Source: a virus. Taken from it: DNA of 64,000 nt. Positions 50,801 through 61,382 of the stretch are shown in pieces. A program made the translations under genes and the position numbers. The notes beneath the pieces were generated by a model that saw nothing but the letters and a program-made list of their open reading frames with translations, was not told the DNA's origin and ran no database searches. Location of the stretch: positions 1 to 64,000 of IMG/VR virus record IMGVR_UViG_3300028197_001738; one strand, 5' to 3'. How positions within the stretch are numbered: position 1 is the first letter of the stretch; every line of letters starts with the position of its first letter.

Positions 50801-53800
50801 GAACAACAACATGCTCTTTGCTATCTCCAGCTGTTGACCATTTAATAGAAGGAATTAAGAAACTGTCTTCATTAACAAATACTTTAGCTGTCGCATTTAA
50901 ATTACCGTTGTTTTGCTCTAATGCTTCTTCGGCTGTGCATTCTATGGCAGCAGGCATATCTGCTGTTACTGCCGCTGCCTGTCTTTTTAAAGCTTGAAAT
51001 TTTTTAAAACCTTTGAATGTCTCCTCGTCCATCCCTACGAAACTCTGCTTTAAGTACTCATCAGTTTCACTACCTGTTAATTCTAGGTATCCATCAAGTG
51101 CGCAAGTCAGAACGATATTGGGTGCTCCATTATCCATCGTTTGAGGACAAACTATTCTAAATGTCCAATTGCTTAAAGGTCCAACAAAAGGTTGTCTTAT
51201 AAATTGAACTTGTTCAAGCACGACCAACTCTACAAATAATTCATTAATTGCTTGGGCTCTTATCCCTGATAGTTTTTTAGCTTTTTCTAAAGCACTAAGA
51301 GCACACCATGCTTTTTTAGTATAATCAACTTTATCGCTAACATTAAATCCTAACAGAGGAGGTATCATACCCTGTTCATCTGTTAGAGCTGACCAGTAAG
51401 CTCCTCCTACCATAACTCCATCATCAATGAAATTACCTGGCTCTTCCCATGCTGATCTAGCTAAAGAATATTCACTAAATGTTTTGGCGCTACCTGAATA
51501 AACAAAAAGATCTCCTCCTCTAAAACCAGGTATATTAAAATTAGAGTACGCCTGATCTCTATAGCTTTGCATATATGGAATTTTAACCATATATTTTTTA
51601 CCATAATACTTACTAGCCAAAGTAGAAAGAAAATTAGTTAATATTTTAAGGTCATTAATAAAACCAGGATGCATAAGCATAGAAAAATTAATATCTGATA
51701 TTTTGCTTTTTTGAGCACCTTTTCTTTTACCTGGTCCTCCACCAGCATTTGCAACATTATTATCATTACCATGAGCTGCTAATTCTGAGGGAGATCTTGT
51801 CAGACCTTTCTTATTAGACACAACACCACTTGATATTTGAACACCTTTATCTTGCCAGCATTCTAATAACATTAAAAATAAATCTGGTTTTGTGCTTGGC
51901 ATTTTAGCCAAACAATATTTTAAATAACTTTCCCAACCAGACATAGCAGCTCGAAGCTCTGATTCTGTTACCAAAAATCCAGTACCTTTAAAATTTATTT
52001 CTCTTTTTAATTCAGGAGTTATATTTGGTTGAGTAGGGGGTACTCCTGTAGGAGGTATAGTTTCAGGATTTCCAGGACTATCACCACCAGATGCTAAGTC
52101 ATCAGGGTCTTGATCAAGCCCTTTGTCGGTTCCAGGTAAAGCTCCACTATCTTTACCGAAAAAAGCTTTGTCATAAACAGAAACTAAAGGACCACAACTA
52201 ACCGGAGGCAATTCATTTATATCAAAAGCTACACATAATTGACCTGTCCAACTATCTAGCCAAACAGGTCTAATATAATTATGCATGTTCGAGTCTTGCG
52301 AGACCGGGAAAGTTCTATCATATTTAAAACCGAAAAAAGGACAAATAGAGTCTTTAAATATAGGTATATATCTATTAGATTGGTCGATATTTGTTATAGT
52401 TGTCTCTGAACCTGAACTACCAAGGGTTCCTAGACTTCCAAAGAGAGCGGTTCCAAGAAGACCGCCACTAAAAAGACTACCTATAGACGGTGTTGTTTGT
52501 GTATCGGCTTGCTTAAATACTCCCAATAAAGTTAATGGACTCCCAACTGCTGTAAAACCAACAACATTGTTGCCTATGTTGCCAGCTAAACCAATTCCAG
52601 GAAGTTTAGCGGCATCAGTAATATTATCTATAATAGGTAGCCCGGTGTTTTCATCTATAGCAAAGTCTTTATTACTATAAACATCTAAACAACTTGCGTC
52701 TCTAGAAAATACGGTGTCGTCCACCCAAAGATTGTTTGGATCAGTAAACGAATTTCCAGTAATAAACTTTCTTACTTTTTCGTCGGTATCTATAATAGCA
52801 TTATAATTACCGTGAATTTGATCTCCTAATTGTGGATTTCTGGTCGATGTCGCCATAGGAACTTTGTATTTGTCCGTAACAATATCGTCGAATCTTCTAA
52901 AATTAATAAACTCTGCAGTAACTGGATTCCATATATAATTATCTTGATTGAAAGCTAATCTATAATTTTTAACTTGATATATTCTTTTTTGCTTACCTCC
53001 TATCATTACTGATCTAACATTAGCTTCTTTATTTTTTCTTTGACCAGAAGAACTAGATGTAGCAGCATACCCACTATTTACTAATTCGTTAACAACATAA
53101 TTGATTGTATATGGCTTTATATAATTTTCTTTAGGTACAGCTTTTACTTTTAATATATTATAAGGATTACTCTGTTGCACTAAAGATTCAGCAAAGACCC
53201 AATAATTTTGTTGACCATTCAGTTCTAGCATTTGGTTTAAAAAATCACTAATTCTTAAAATCCCACCCTTAGCCTCTACTCTAAAATCATCAGGAGGTAT
53301 TTCTATTTCAGATAGATCTAAAGCAAATTCTGTTCTAGGGATACCATTATGATCGAGTGTTGGAGGTATAACCCCAAAAGCATTATTTCGAAAAGAAGTT
53401 TGAATATTTAGATATCCCGTACTTTCAACTTTCTGCATCACTTTTGATAGTATTCTGCCAAAAGGAGAAAACATATTTTTAGATTGCCATTTTAATTGAC
53501 TCTTATCTGTAGAAGAAGTCAAAACCTTTAAAGCCTGCAATGCTAATCTGTAGGATATTCCTTTTTCATTCTTATTTGCTCCTCCAAAACCAGCAGGACC
53601 TAACGAATCAAGGAAACCATAGGCATTAAAAGTGTTATGTAAATTTCCAGATTTTATATTCGCCGTAGCGTCCAATGAACCTGCATAATTTCTTGGTGCT
53701 CCATAAATATCGCCAGGAGCCATAGAGAATACTGTTCCTGCGTATTGATCTAAAATAATATGAGAATTTTCTAATAGAGAACCAGCTGATTCTATTTCTA

Positions 53801-54371
53801 CTTTGAAAAAATTTCTTCCATTTCTAAAATTTCGTTCCCATCCTTTGACAATTCCAGTAAAAGTCATATTATCAAATTTAAAAAATACCGCAACTCCTAT
53901 TATATCATAAACATTAGTGTTTGTATTATCTATACTTCCATTCTCATTAATTTTAGTTCCTGTCGCAAAAAACCCAGGATCTTCAGCTAACCAGTATTTT
54001 GAAACAACGCCGCTGTCTGTCCACGTATAATATATTTTACCAGGAACATTTTTTTCTTTAGGAGGATTAGGATCTCCATCCTTATCCACTCTTGCAGGAT
54101 CGTAGGGTTTTCCTAATTCATCGATATAGCAATCCTCATCTGTACTGCAAGTATGGTAATGGTCATCTCCATAAGACGGAACATCATTAAATGGGTTTAT
54201 CGGATTTGTTCCGTTATAACAAGTTAACGGTTGAAAATCTTCTACTAATTCTACTGTGCATGTAGAACTTGTTCCTCCCCAACCAAGATTCATGTTGACA
54301 GACACAACGCTTGCGCCTAAAAATAAAGTTTGTCCTATAACTTTGGTGCCGTCACATTTAGTAGTAGCCAT
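47862..54371 (-). CDS. 2169-aa putative tail/baseplate hub-type protein
   Basis: N-terminal FLGASV.SV..NLGWG...STCTVELVED, F.F..M.F.GIV..W beta pattern; position in the structural block. Confidence 0.6.
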   Translation of the reverse strand: MATTKCDGTKVIGQTLFLGASVVSVNMNLGWGGTSSTCTVELVEDFQPLTCYNGTNPINPFNDVPSYGDDHYHTCSTDEDCYIDELGKPYDPARVDKDGDPNPPKEKNVPGKIYYTWTDSGVVSKYWLAEDPGFFATGTKINENGSIDNTNTNVYDIIGVAVFFKFDNMTFTGIVKGWERNFRNGRNFFKVEIESAGSLLENSHIILDQYAGTVFSMAPGDIYGAPRNYAGSLDATANIKSGNLHNTFNAYGFLDSLGPAGFGGANKNEKGISYRLALQALKVLTSSTDKSQLKWQSKNMFSPFGRILSKVMQKVESTGYLNIQTSFRNNAFGVIPPTLDHNGIPRTEFALDLSEIEIPPDDFRVEAKGGILRISDFLNQMLELNGQQNYWVFAESLVQQSNPYNILKVKAVPKENYIKPYTINYVVNELVNSGYAATSSSSGQRKNKEANVRSVMIGGKQKRIYQVKNYRLAFNQDNYIWNPVTAEFINFRRFDDIVTDKYKVPMATSTRNPQLGDQIHGNYNAIIDTDEKVRKFITGNSFTDPNNLWVDDTVFSRDASCLDVYSNKDFAIDENTGLPIIDNITDAAKLPGIGLAGNIGNNVVGFTAVGSPLTLLGVFKQADTQTTPSIGSLFSGGLLGTALFGSLGTLGSSGSETTITNIDQSNRYIPIFKDSICPFFGFKYDRTFPVSQDSNMHNYIRPVWLDSWTGQLCVAFDINELPPVSCGPLVSVYDKAFFGKDSGALPGTDKGLDQDPDDLASGGDSPGNPETIPPTGVPPTQPNITPELKREINFKGTGFLVTESELRAAMSGWESYLKYCLAKMPSTKPDLFLMLLECWQDKGVQISSGVVSNKKGLTRSPSELAAHGNDNNVANAGGGPGKRKGAQKSKISDINFSMLMHPGFINDLKILTNFLSTLASKYYGKKYMVKIPYMQSYRDQAYSNFNIPGFRGGDLFVYSGSAKTFSEYSLARSAWEEPGNFIDDGVMVGGAYWSALTDEQGMIPPLLGFNVSDKVDYTKKAWCALSALEKAKKLSGIRAQAINELFVELVVLEQVQFIRQPFVGPLSNWTFRIVCPQTMDNGAPNIVLTCALDGYLELTGSETDEYLKQSFVGMDEETFKGFKKFQALKRQAAAVTADMPAAIECTAEEALEQNNGNLNATAKVFVNEDSFLIPSIKWSTAGDSKEHVVVPYNVGFVSAYGADADPCAGGKKLYKKASIDNNAKIAYGRPEFLSDPRAIISIGNRIELNTTTYAYEHDPNGYVMPNVASEDISFYRYATGAARKYRIDENGEPELVGTGFDLTQDEYDHMEYLESNFLTPVIKEGNLLEKGSKTNVSANHRKMGAKAAQPFFAAIPVESNRYVYGPWANYPDLNKNNIWSYVNNPDTIVENLVDNITVESNSDYVPWNYGGTSLLDKAVIWDINAKENYLTTEENGSVKILGPPIFTIGSQFSTSANTLVSPYSVDTESIKMQDYNTQGGFVSQDFKCTFLDQSSTYNQGYPFVQGINISVATEGVTTSYNIGSYNPKMGSYNKELSDTQKKINQRFLKLGNEVLTNQNSSTNQLAEEVLSIIENQTNTTDVLKEAADLYSDSMFGNSPGELLIGSSRHFIAASNNGSDAQKMIKNKQMESWAGLFMAEEVGPELLQGYNVKSAMSLDGLLSPVSFYATSYHSTHNLSNFTTAQTRLATLESGNIPAVLDGYATKAYCHICKNVGYIEDTFVNYPNSEDRQTVKYACPNCNASRVSYDKFLDEKPTKDKAPRVVLNSDPKSKDIGINFYSLNPVVVPRGEFANPNAYPSGNIPDTHSIRVVGRGQQLPGIEANLDNFHGRNTQSSTIPPAFEEFDFESKEAEGTLFLNNQRFFSLRGPLMVHGWGYDKDGYPIPNYSDEPLEIDEKGRPKRFKLDGKGFNDMTHPGAFEPIRKTKDNPFFLLHLGDIITKRYSWDGSQWVMSKKPSKYFSENWASKPDTWPVGPVDLRWDHERRVWVGGDGGCGEELLPPYIVTNKIDNSTLADYISEKTDSGCPYKMVYITLEQDLIRDPDIFFYTNVVRGYIDDLEYITEPLPKGFRRLVYVIDRAGYSAPAGVRLLCRYNPDLGYYEPISKPNIVALGVINNGEANIDTAYAKSKTGAVSSDLVVNFNNPLDFKVYSGAPGVFSFIDGSWTLTSMN

Positions 54372-54373
54372 GA

Positions 54374-56320
54374 TTAATGATCCATATATCCTTTACCTAT
54401 TTCACAATTTTGATATATCCATGTCACAGATCTACTATATCTACCTTGATTAGCAGACCAAGACTCGTTATCCGACTGAGTGTAAACTAATCCATTTGTA
54501 GTCTTAGCCGTAATAAGTTTACTAGTTACAAAAGGCTGGTTTCCGATTATTAAATCCTGTATAGTACCATACACCCTTCCTCCAGTATATAATGGACATT
54601 CCTTATCTGTTAATAATGTTCCTTTAACACTAGAAGGTGGGACAACAACAATACTGATATTAATAGTTTTAGTACTAGCACTTCTGCCTGTTCTAGATAA
54701 AATAGGACCTAATGCTCTACCGGGAACTGCTATAGTAGCTACCTCATCACGAGGAACAGCAAAACTTACATCAATATTTTCACTTAAAACACCACTAATA
54801 ATTCTCAATCTATTATTATATTCTGCAGTATATCCTATGGTTCCTTTTCTTGGATTGTGACTTTCTGTTAAACTATTACAGGTTGGAGAAAGAGGTCTTT
54901 CTTTACTATAAATGGGGTTGTTAGGAGGATCTGTAGTCTTTGCTGGGTCTGTATATTGTAAAGTTCTGTCCGAAGAATTCATGCCTATGCATGCTCTACG
55001 ATACAAATGTGGTTTAATGTCGTCTGTCCATCCTGTGATAGCATTGCCATATCTTGCAGACCCGTTCATACTAGAAACAAGACCAGGCTTTGTTTGGTCG
55101 TCAAGTTTTTGATAAGCTATAGTTCTATCGGCTGGTGATTCAGCATTGAGATTTATCCCACTTGCTGGGGCTATATCTAAAGCTGGATCTTGACTATATA
55201 ATTGCAAACCGGCAATATTACCAACAACTCTTACAGTTTTTGTCATATCTTCAGAGGTAGAAGTTTCAATAGTATATTCTTCTGTATAAGGGATTCCTGT
55301 TGGTAGAGCTAACCAGCTTTCAGTAATTTCATAATTACTATAATCTATATTAATAGAACGAACATGATTATATAAATTAGTGTTCGATGCAGAAGATCCC
55401 CCACCATTTCCATTTGGTGGCCATACAACAAACGGCATAACTCCACTGCCTGCATCTGCACTATCAACAACTCCTCTGTCAATTTGAGCTAAAACCCAAT
55501 CTCTAGCCTGGCTTAAATTATTACCCCTAGCGACTTCAGATGTTAAACATTGTCCACTTGGCTTTGTCATACCTCTTGCAGAAACTGTATGTGTTATACG
55601 GAATTGAGGAATATCTATTATATCAATACTTGTGCTGCTAGTATTACCTCCACCTACATTGCCTGGAGGAATAGTGGAGTTTGGAGTTGCACTAAGTATA
55701 GGATTACTAAATTCTGGTCTTTGGTGGGAAATATCATTTTGGAAAAATGTTGCATAAGTATTATCTATACTTTCTACTGACCACCTGTCTGTTTTATCTG
55801 TTACCCAATCTTCTGAGGACAAACCACTTAAAGGCGTTACTTGTTCTAAACTTACAGTATAGTCAATAGTGCTTGTCCAATTATCTGGAGTTTGATTAAA
55901 AGAAATATCTGTTAATGTTGACCCCGAAGCAGAAAAAATTGACGCTCCATCACACTTTATTTGAAAATCCCCGTAAGGACAAGATCTGAACAAAGTATTT
56001 AATCCACTGGCTGCTCCGAGCAAACCTGTAATACCGCTACCTGGGGGTTTTAGCTCTACATTATCAGCAGGATTATTATACCTAACTATTTTACCTTCTA
56101 TATTAATAGATGTAGTTTGAATACTGGGAATATCACTAGAGTTTTTTTGAACACTAGTAGAAATATTAACAAAAGGCACCGGTCCTGTTATTTCGGCTAG
56201 CTCTTGTTCATTATAGAAAATCTGTGTACCTTTATTCTGAGTAGCATCTTGGACTACTACAGTCTTGTTATTTTCACTGTTTGACGAATCACCGTCAAGT
56301 AATAGGTTTGAGTACACCAT
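54374..56320 (-). CDS. Putative tail structural protein (beta-rich)
   Basis: 648 aa, strand-rich, adjacent to the giant proteins. Confidence 0.6.
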   Translation of the reverse strand: MVYSNLLLDGDSSNSENNKTVVVQDATQNKGTQIFYNEQELAEITGPVPFVNISTSVQKNSSDIPSIQTTSINIEGKIVRYNNPADNVELKPPGSGITGLLGAASGLNTLFRSCPYGDFQIKCDGASIFSASGSTLTDISFNQTPDNWTSTIDYTVSLEQVTPLSGLSSEDWVTDKTDRWSVESIDNTYATFFQNDISHQRPEFSNPILSATPNSTIPPGNVGGGNTSSTSIDIIDIPQFRITHTVSARGMTKPSGQCLTSEVARGNNLSQARDWVLAQIDRGVVDSADAGSGVMPFVVWPPNGNGGGSSASNTNLYNHVRSINIDYSNYEITESWLALPTGIPYTEEYTIETSTSEDMTKTVRVVGNIAGLQLYSQDPALDIAPASGINLNAESPADRTIAYQKLDDQTKPGLVSSMNGSARYGNAITGWTDDIKPHLYRRACIGMNSSDRTLQYTDPAKTTDPPNNPIYSKERPLSPTCNSLTESHNPRKGTIGYTAEYNNRLRIISGVLSENIDVSFAVPRDEVATIAVPGRALGPILSRTGRSASTKTINISIVVVPPSSVKGTLLTDKECPLYTGGRVYGTIQDLIIGNQPFVTSKLITAKTTNGLVYTQSDNESWSANQGRYSRSVTWIYQNCEIGKGYMDH

Positions 56321-56334
56321 ATCATTTTTAATTC

Positions 56335-59300
56335 CTATGTAATTGGAGCAGTATTTCTAGCCCTGTACTTAATAATTACTATGCCGCTTCCTCCGGTGGC
56401 TGAAGCTCCTCCTGCTCCTCCAGTATTTGCTGCTCCAGGCGCTCTTCTAGAACCACCTCCGCTGGATGCTCCTCCTCCACAAGAACCTCCTTCTCCGTCT
56501 CCTCCTCCGCCTCCTCCGAATTGATTACTATTTATACATCCATCTGCTATGTCTACGGTTAAACCAGCACCACCATTACCTCCTCTTGTCTGACATCCTG
56601 AGTTGCAACTGCCCCAACCTGCTCCAGCTCCTCCTCCTCCTCCTATGCCTGCTCCTCCTCCACCAGCAATGCAACTGCCGGAACCAAAAGCAGCACCGGT
56701 GTAACCCTGAAGACAGCCATCATTATTACTTAGTGGTCCGCCGTATTTTGCACCGTTCAATTCTATGCAATCACTAGTTCCGTTAGGGTATGTAGTTGGG
56801 TCAGCTGCTATTTGAGCTGCTGTTAGAATAATGAGATCATCAGGATTCTTGCCGCAATCATATTCTTCTGTTGCTCCCCATGGAGCTTGAATCAAGCCAG
56901 CGCCAGGATATCTGCATCCCTGACCACCACCACTTGCTCCTCTACTACCAGGGAAAGCTGTGTTGCCCCTTAATTCTCCACTTCCACCAAAACCACCACC
57001 ACGAGCAACCAGCACCCTTTTTTTTACAGCGTCTCCATCAGGCTGATCTCCTGTTTGACTTGTTGTTTTGTATCTAATTATAACTATTCCGCTTGCTCCG
57101 CTAGCCCAAGGACCACCTCCACCCCCACCAGTATTAGGTGTTCCGTTTGTTTGAGCCGTCGCACCATACCCTGTTCGACCAGGTTTATAGCTTTGTCCAC
57201 CACCTCCGCCATTTCCTTCGGCTGGGGTGTTGTTATATTGTCCAGTATAGAACAAACCAGCCCAGAAGCCTGTTAGACGACCTCCTTGTGCCTCATTGCC
57301 TCTACCTCCGCCTCCTACTCCTCTTAGGTAATAAGCGTTGTCTCCTACACCTTGAGGGCTTCCGCCTCCTCCACCGCCATACCATTGTGTTGTTCCAGAT
57401 ATATCGGTTCCGTATGAAGATCCCCCATCTCCTCCTTTATTATGCCAGGCTGGGCCGCTTCCTTGAGTTGGGTCCCAAGATAGACTACCTCTTCCGGAGA
57501 TACCGGCTCCAGTAGCCCCTCCTCCTCCACCGCCCGACACGGTAGAAGAACCAGATTCAGAATATCCTTGAGGACCTCCAGCAAAACCTTCGCCAGAATC
57601 TCCTCCTTCATTAGCAGATCCAGGACTACCTCCATTAGCTTCTATAATCAATGAGTTTCCTGAGATAGATGAATTAGATCCACTTTGCTTATATATGCCT
57701 CCATCACCAATAACAATATTATATTGCCCTGTAGATGGGAAAATTATATCTCGTTGATGCTTAACACCACCGCTGCCTCCTCCTCCACCAATTAATGATT
57801 CATTTGGTGATCTTCCAGCTCCTCCGCCACCCCCAACAACTAGAATATCAAATTTTGCATCAGCGGGCAAGCTGCCAATGCCGAATGTTCCATTTTGTTT
57901 AAAGGTATGTATGGTATATTCTCCAACAGTAGTTTTTTCTCCACCATTAGCAAATATTTCTGTGTCTGGAGCATCTGGGTCTTGTGGCTCAGGAGCAGCG
58001 CCATTATAGAATATACTACTGTTCTTACCCCTAGCTCCAGGGGCTCCGCCATCTCCAACATGTATGTCGTAAACTCCAGCTCCATCTGCACCATTTTGAT
58101 TTAAAGAATAAGATGTTCTTAATGCAGCTCCTCCTGATCCTCCTCCACCAGCAGCTCTATTTACTGGGCCGCTTCCGCCGCCTCCACCACCTCCCATTAA
58201 GAAGACATCGAAAACAGCGTCATTATCTATAGTATTAATCGTAAAGGTATCATCATTTGTAAAGATATGAACATTATAATCTCCTTGAGTACACAATGTG
58301 CCACCAGTGGCATCGACGTTAGGAACTCTAGCTCTACATACCTGTAGTTCTCCTATCCAATTCCCTGATGTTGCAGCAACGGACTCCCAAGCATTTGTCA
58401 CATCGTTCCATGCCCAATGAAATTGAGCTCCAGGATTAGGATAATTTGTTTGATTAACAAACAACCCACACTTTGCCATACTATCAATAAGGCAAATTTC
58501 TACATTGTTTTCAGCTTCTATTTGTCTGATTTTGTTAATAGTTATTTGATCAAGTCTTACGGTAGCTGTTCCATTTTGTGTATCTAAACCATATCTAGCA
58601 GCAATCTTTTCTGGAGCACAAAAGTACAGAGAAAAACCTGGAGTATGACTTGGTGTCGGTGTTGGGGTGTGAGTATTAGTTGCCGTAGGAGTTGCTGTAG
58701 CCGTAGCAGTAGGAGTTGCTGTTGCTGTAGCTGTGGGAGTAGCTGTTCCTGTTGCTGTTGCTGTGGCTGTTGCAGTAGGGGTTGCTGTTGCTGTTTCTGT
58801 AGCAGTATTAGTCACAGCAGGAGTGTGTGTATTAGTTGGCGTTATACTAGGAGTAGGAGTATTTGTAGGTGTTTCTGTTTGCGTAGGAGTTGGTGTTTTT
58901 GTTGGCGTTCTACTAGCAGTAGCAGTAGGAGTACTAAAAGCTGTTGCTGTGTTCGTTGGAGTAGGGGTATTACTTGCAGTATTAGACGGAGTAACAGTAT
59001 TAGTAGGAGTTATAGTAGGAGTGACGCTATTAGTAGGAGTAGGACTAGCTGTAGCCGTTGTAGTAGGTGTAGCCGTTGTAGTAGTAGTAGGTGTATTAGT
59101 TGGGGTTTTAGTTGGTGTGACTGTAGGAGTAGGAGTTGGACATAAGTAAACAGTGTTTTGTGAATAAACATCTCCATTAAAGTTATTGGTAGTTATAACT
59201 TCAAGCAAAACCAAATTTACATGTTGACTTTTTCTCAATAAAAAAGGAACAGTTTTCTTATTAGAATTAGCGGTAAAAGTAACTGTATCTCTATCTATTT

Positions 59301-59403
59301 CAGCGAATTCATCATAAGTGTTTCTTAGCTTAACCTTAACAGTATATTCATTTCCTACAATAAGATCTTCTAGATCAATATTTATAATGTCTGTTGTTAT
59401 CAT
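56335..59403 (-). CDS. Fibre-like protein: Thr/Pro stalk plus two glycine-rich domains
   Basis: TPT repeats; two copies of Y..H.F...TF..FD.L..GGGG.G and GSG.VII(R/K)Y. Confidence 0.8.
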   Translation of the reverse strand: MITTDIINIDLEDLIVGNEYTVKVKLRNTYDEFAEIDRDTVTFTANSNKKTVPFLLRKSQHVNLVLLEVITTNNFNGDVYSQNTVYLCPTPTPTVTPTKTPTNTPTTTTTATPTTTATASPTPTNSVTPTITPTNTVTPSNTASNTPTPTNTATAFSTPTATASRTPTKTPTPTQTETPTNTPTPSITPTNTHTPAVTNTATETATATPTATATATATGTATPTATATATPTATATATPTATNTHTPTPTPSHTPGFSLYFCAPEKIAARYGLDTQNGTATVRLDQITINKIRQIEAENNVEICLIDSMAKCGLFVNQTNYPNPGAQFHWAWNDVTNAWESVAATSGNWIGELQVCRARVPNVDATGGTLCTQGDYNVHIFTNDDTFTINTIDNDAVFDVFLMGGGGGGGSGPVNRAAGGGGSGGAALRTSYSLNQNGADGAGVYDIHVGDGGAPGARGKNSSIFYNGAAPEPQDPDAPDTEIFANGGEKTTVGEYTIHTFKQNGTFGIGSLPADAKFDILVVGGGGGAGRSPNESLIGGGGGSGGVKHQRDIIFPSTGQYNIVIGDGGIYKQSGSNSSISGNSLIIEANGGSPGSANEGGDSGEGFAGGPQGYSESGSSTVSGGGGGGATGAGISGRGSLSWDPTQGSGPAWHNKGGDGGSSYGTDISGTTQWYGGGGGGSPQGVGDNAYYLRGVGGGGRGNEAQGGRLTGFWAGLFYTGQYNNTPAEGNGGGGGQSYKPGRTGYGATAQTNGTPNTGGGGGGPWASGASGIVIIRYKTTSQTGDQPDGDAVKKRVLVARGGGFGGSGELRGNTAFPGSRGASGGGQGCRYPGAGLIQAPWGATEEYDCGKNPDDLIILTAAQIAADPTTYPNGTSDCIELNGAKYGGPLSNNDGCLQGYTGAAFGSGSCIAGGGGAGIGGGGGAGAGWGSCNSGCQTRGGNGGAGLTVDIADGCINSNQFGGGGGGDGEGGSCGGGASSGGGSRRAPGAANTGGAGGASATGGSGIVIIKYRARNTAPIT
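58640..59140 (-). repeat. Thr/Pro/Ala mucin-like coding tract
   Basis: [10 protein letters not shown]...TATATATPT. Confidence 0.9.
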
Positions 59404-59442
59404 TTTTTATCCTAGTAATATAAAGTTGACTAAAAAGCTACA

Positions 59443-61368
59443 CTATTCTAAATAAGTAGCGTTGGAATTGCATTCCTCGCCACATAAAAGACCTAAAAAT
59501 CCAAGAGATTCTGCACCTGTGCCGATATCTGTTAATGTAGCTTGTGCCAAACCTTGTTCTCTATTAGTAAGTGCTGTAGTCATAAGAACAGGAACAACAG
59601 CTTTTCCATTTCTTCCTATATAAACAACACCTGTGTGAGGAACAAAATTAACCTGACCAGATAGGCTAGCTAACTGATATTTGTAAGCTGTATCTGGATT
59701 TGCACCTGTAATAGAAACAAACATCATATCTGTGCCAGAGCAACATGATAGCGGTAATTCTAAAATAGGAGCACCGGAGAAACTAATAGTTGAGCAATTT
59801 AAACAAGGCAAGCAATCATTGCACTGCATATCAATATTGGCTCCTTCATAATATAATCCAGAACACTCTTTATTATATAATACTGTATGAAATTTATTAA
59901 ATTTATTTTCATACTCTTGATTGTAAGAGGTGATATTGTAAGCTAAAGCCCCAGGGTTATTGAGAGCATCTCCTGTTGGTAAAGCAAAAATAGCTTTATG
60001 TCCAAACGTTTGAGTCGTTTCTCTAGCTCTAAATTCTCCAGAAGGAGGATCCGCTATAACAGGCCAATTCCCATCTATACTTTCAAATTTATAACCATAA
60101 GTTGTTTTAGGTGTCAAATTATCAAATGTTACAGTAAAATCGCTAACTTGAGAAGCAGCAGAAATTTCCACATCAGTATCTTTAATAATAATATCTTTAT
60201 CAGTAGACATAGTAACTTCTGGATCAATAAAGCAATCGTCACAGGATAGAGTAAATTGATTACTTACCCCTGCTTGTAATTGACAATTTGCTGGCTCTAC
60301 ATAAAGATATAATGTATTCATCTTATGATCTTTTTGAAGACACACGTTCGTTGCTGTTAGTATGCCGTTGTTGCCAACATTACACACATCTTCAGAATCA
60401 CAAAAAGAATACATAGAATCTAAAGCGTAGAAAGTATTGTTGTTTGCAATAAAAGTTCCAGAAACATTAGTTAGATTTATTGGCCAGTTGCCACCAGCTG
60501 AATGAAATTGATAATTATAGCTTTTATTCTTTTGTACATTATTAATTTTTGCATGTAAATGCCCTGTACTCCCAGTATTCTTAGTAAGCTCTACATCTTG
60601 TATATCTTCAACAGAAATATTACCTAGACAGTCTTGACAAGAAAATGTCATAGGATCACTGGTGTAAATTTGTTGACTATTACAATCTTGGTCAGCAATA
60701 AGCTCCATACCGATTGTGGCCGTTAGATCAAAATCATCAAAACATGTAGGAGTAGTATTATTAAAAATATTGTCAGAAATAATACCCGTTGCTTCGTTAA
60801 AAGTAATTCTGCTATATACTTGAGAAGATGCGCTATTGGGGACAAATGTTCCAGAAATATTGGAAATAGTTACGGGCCAATTGCCTCCCAAAGAATAAAA
60901 TTTATATGTATATTTTTTGTTTGGAATTAGATTAGTTAAATCTATTTTAATATCTGAGCTATTACCCATAGCGGTAGATAATGTGTTTATGTAAGTAGGT
61001 TCAACCGAAGGTTTGCTGGTGCAGTCTTCACAGTTAACTCTAATATTTTTTGTTAATTGTACCGCGTCGTTGGCATCTTTTTTTATAATTAATTCTAAAA
61101 CAGAATAAACGTCAGTAGATTTAATATCACAAGATTCAATACTGTACGGAAGTAAGTTTAATTCACCTTGGCAAGACCCTGTTGTAGAGCAGAACTGCAG
61201 TCCTGTATTAACATCATAGGTAGTGCTATAAGCGTCAGAAGCAATCACTCCAGATTTTGCTCCTAACAAAGCTGGCCAATTACCACCAAGACCATTCCAC
61301 ATATAACTATATGTAGCATTTGGTTCTAAACCACTTATTTTAACGGAAACATTTTTGTAATTAGACAT
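59443..61368 (-). CDS. Protein of 4-5 Cys-rich ~130-aa 'GGNWP' repeats
   Basis: GGNWP x3, DGNWP, plus a degenerate fifth unit; units end in CxDC. Confidence 0.8.
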   Translation of the reverse strand: MSNYKNVSVKISGLEPNATYSYMWNGLGGNWPALLGAKSGVIASDAYSTTYDVNTGLQFCSTTGSCQGELNLLPYSIESCDIKSTDVYSVLELIIKKDANDAVQLTKNIRVNCEDCTSKPSVEPTYINTLSTAMGNSSDIKIDLTNLIPNKKYTYKFYSLGGNWPVTISNISGTFVPNSASSQVYSRITFNEATGIISDNIFNNTTPTCFDDFDLTATIGMELIADQDCNSQQIYTSDPMTFSCQDCLGNISVEDIQDVELTKNTGSTGHLHAKINNVQKNKSYNYQFHSAGGNWPINLTNVSGTFIANNNTFYALDSMYSFCDSEDVCNVGNNGILTATNVCLQKDHKMNTLYLYVEPANCQLQAGVSNQFTLSCDDCFIDPEVTMSTDKDIIIKDTDVEISAASQVSDFTVTFDNLTPKTTYGYKFESIDGNWPVIADPPSGEFRARETTQTFGHKAIFALPTGDALNNPGALAYNITSYNQEYENKFNKFHTVLYNKECSGLYYEGANIDMQCNDCLPCLNCSTISFSGAPILELPLSCCSGTDMMFVSITGANPDTAYKYQLASLSGQVNFVPHTGVVYIGRNGKAVVPVLMTTALTNREQGLAQATLTDIGTGAESLGFLGLLCGEECNSNATYLE

Positions 61369-61382
61369 AATTTGGTACCTTG

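Noticed and set aside
58645-59149. Plus-strand hydrophobic and Cys-rich ORFs
   Set aside because: Antisense shadows of the Thr/Pro stalk of 56335-59403.
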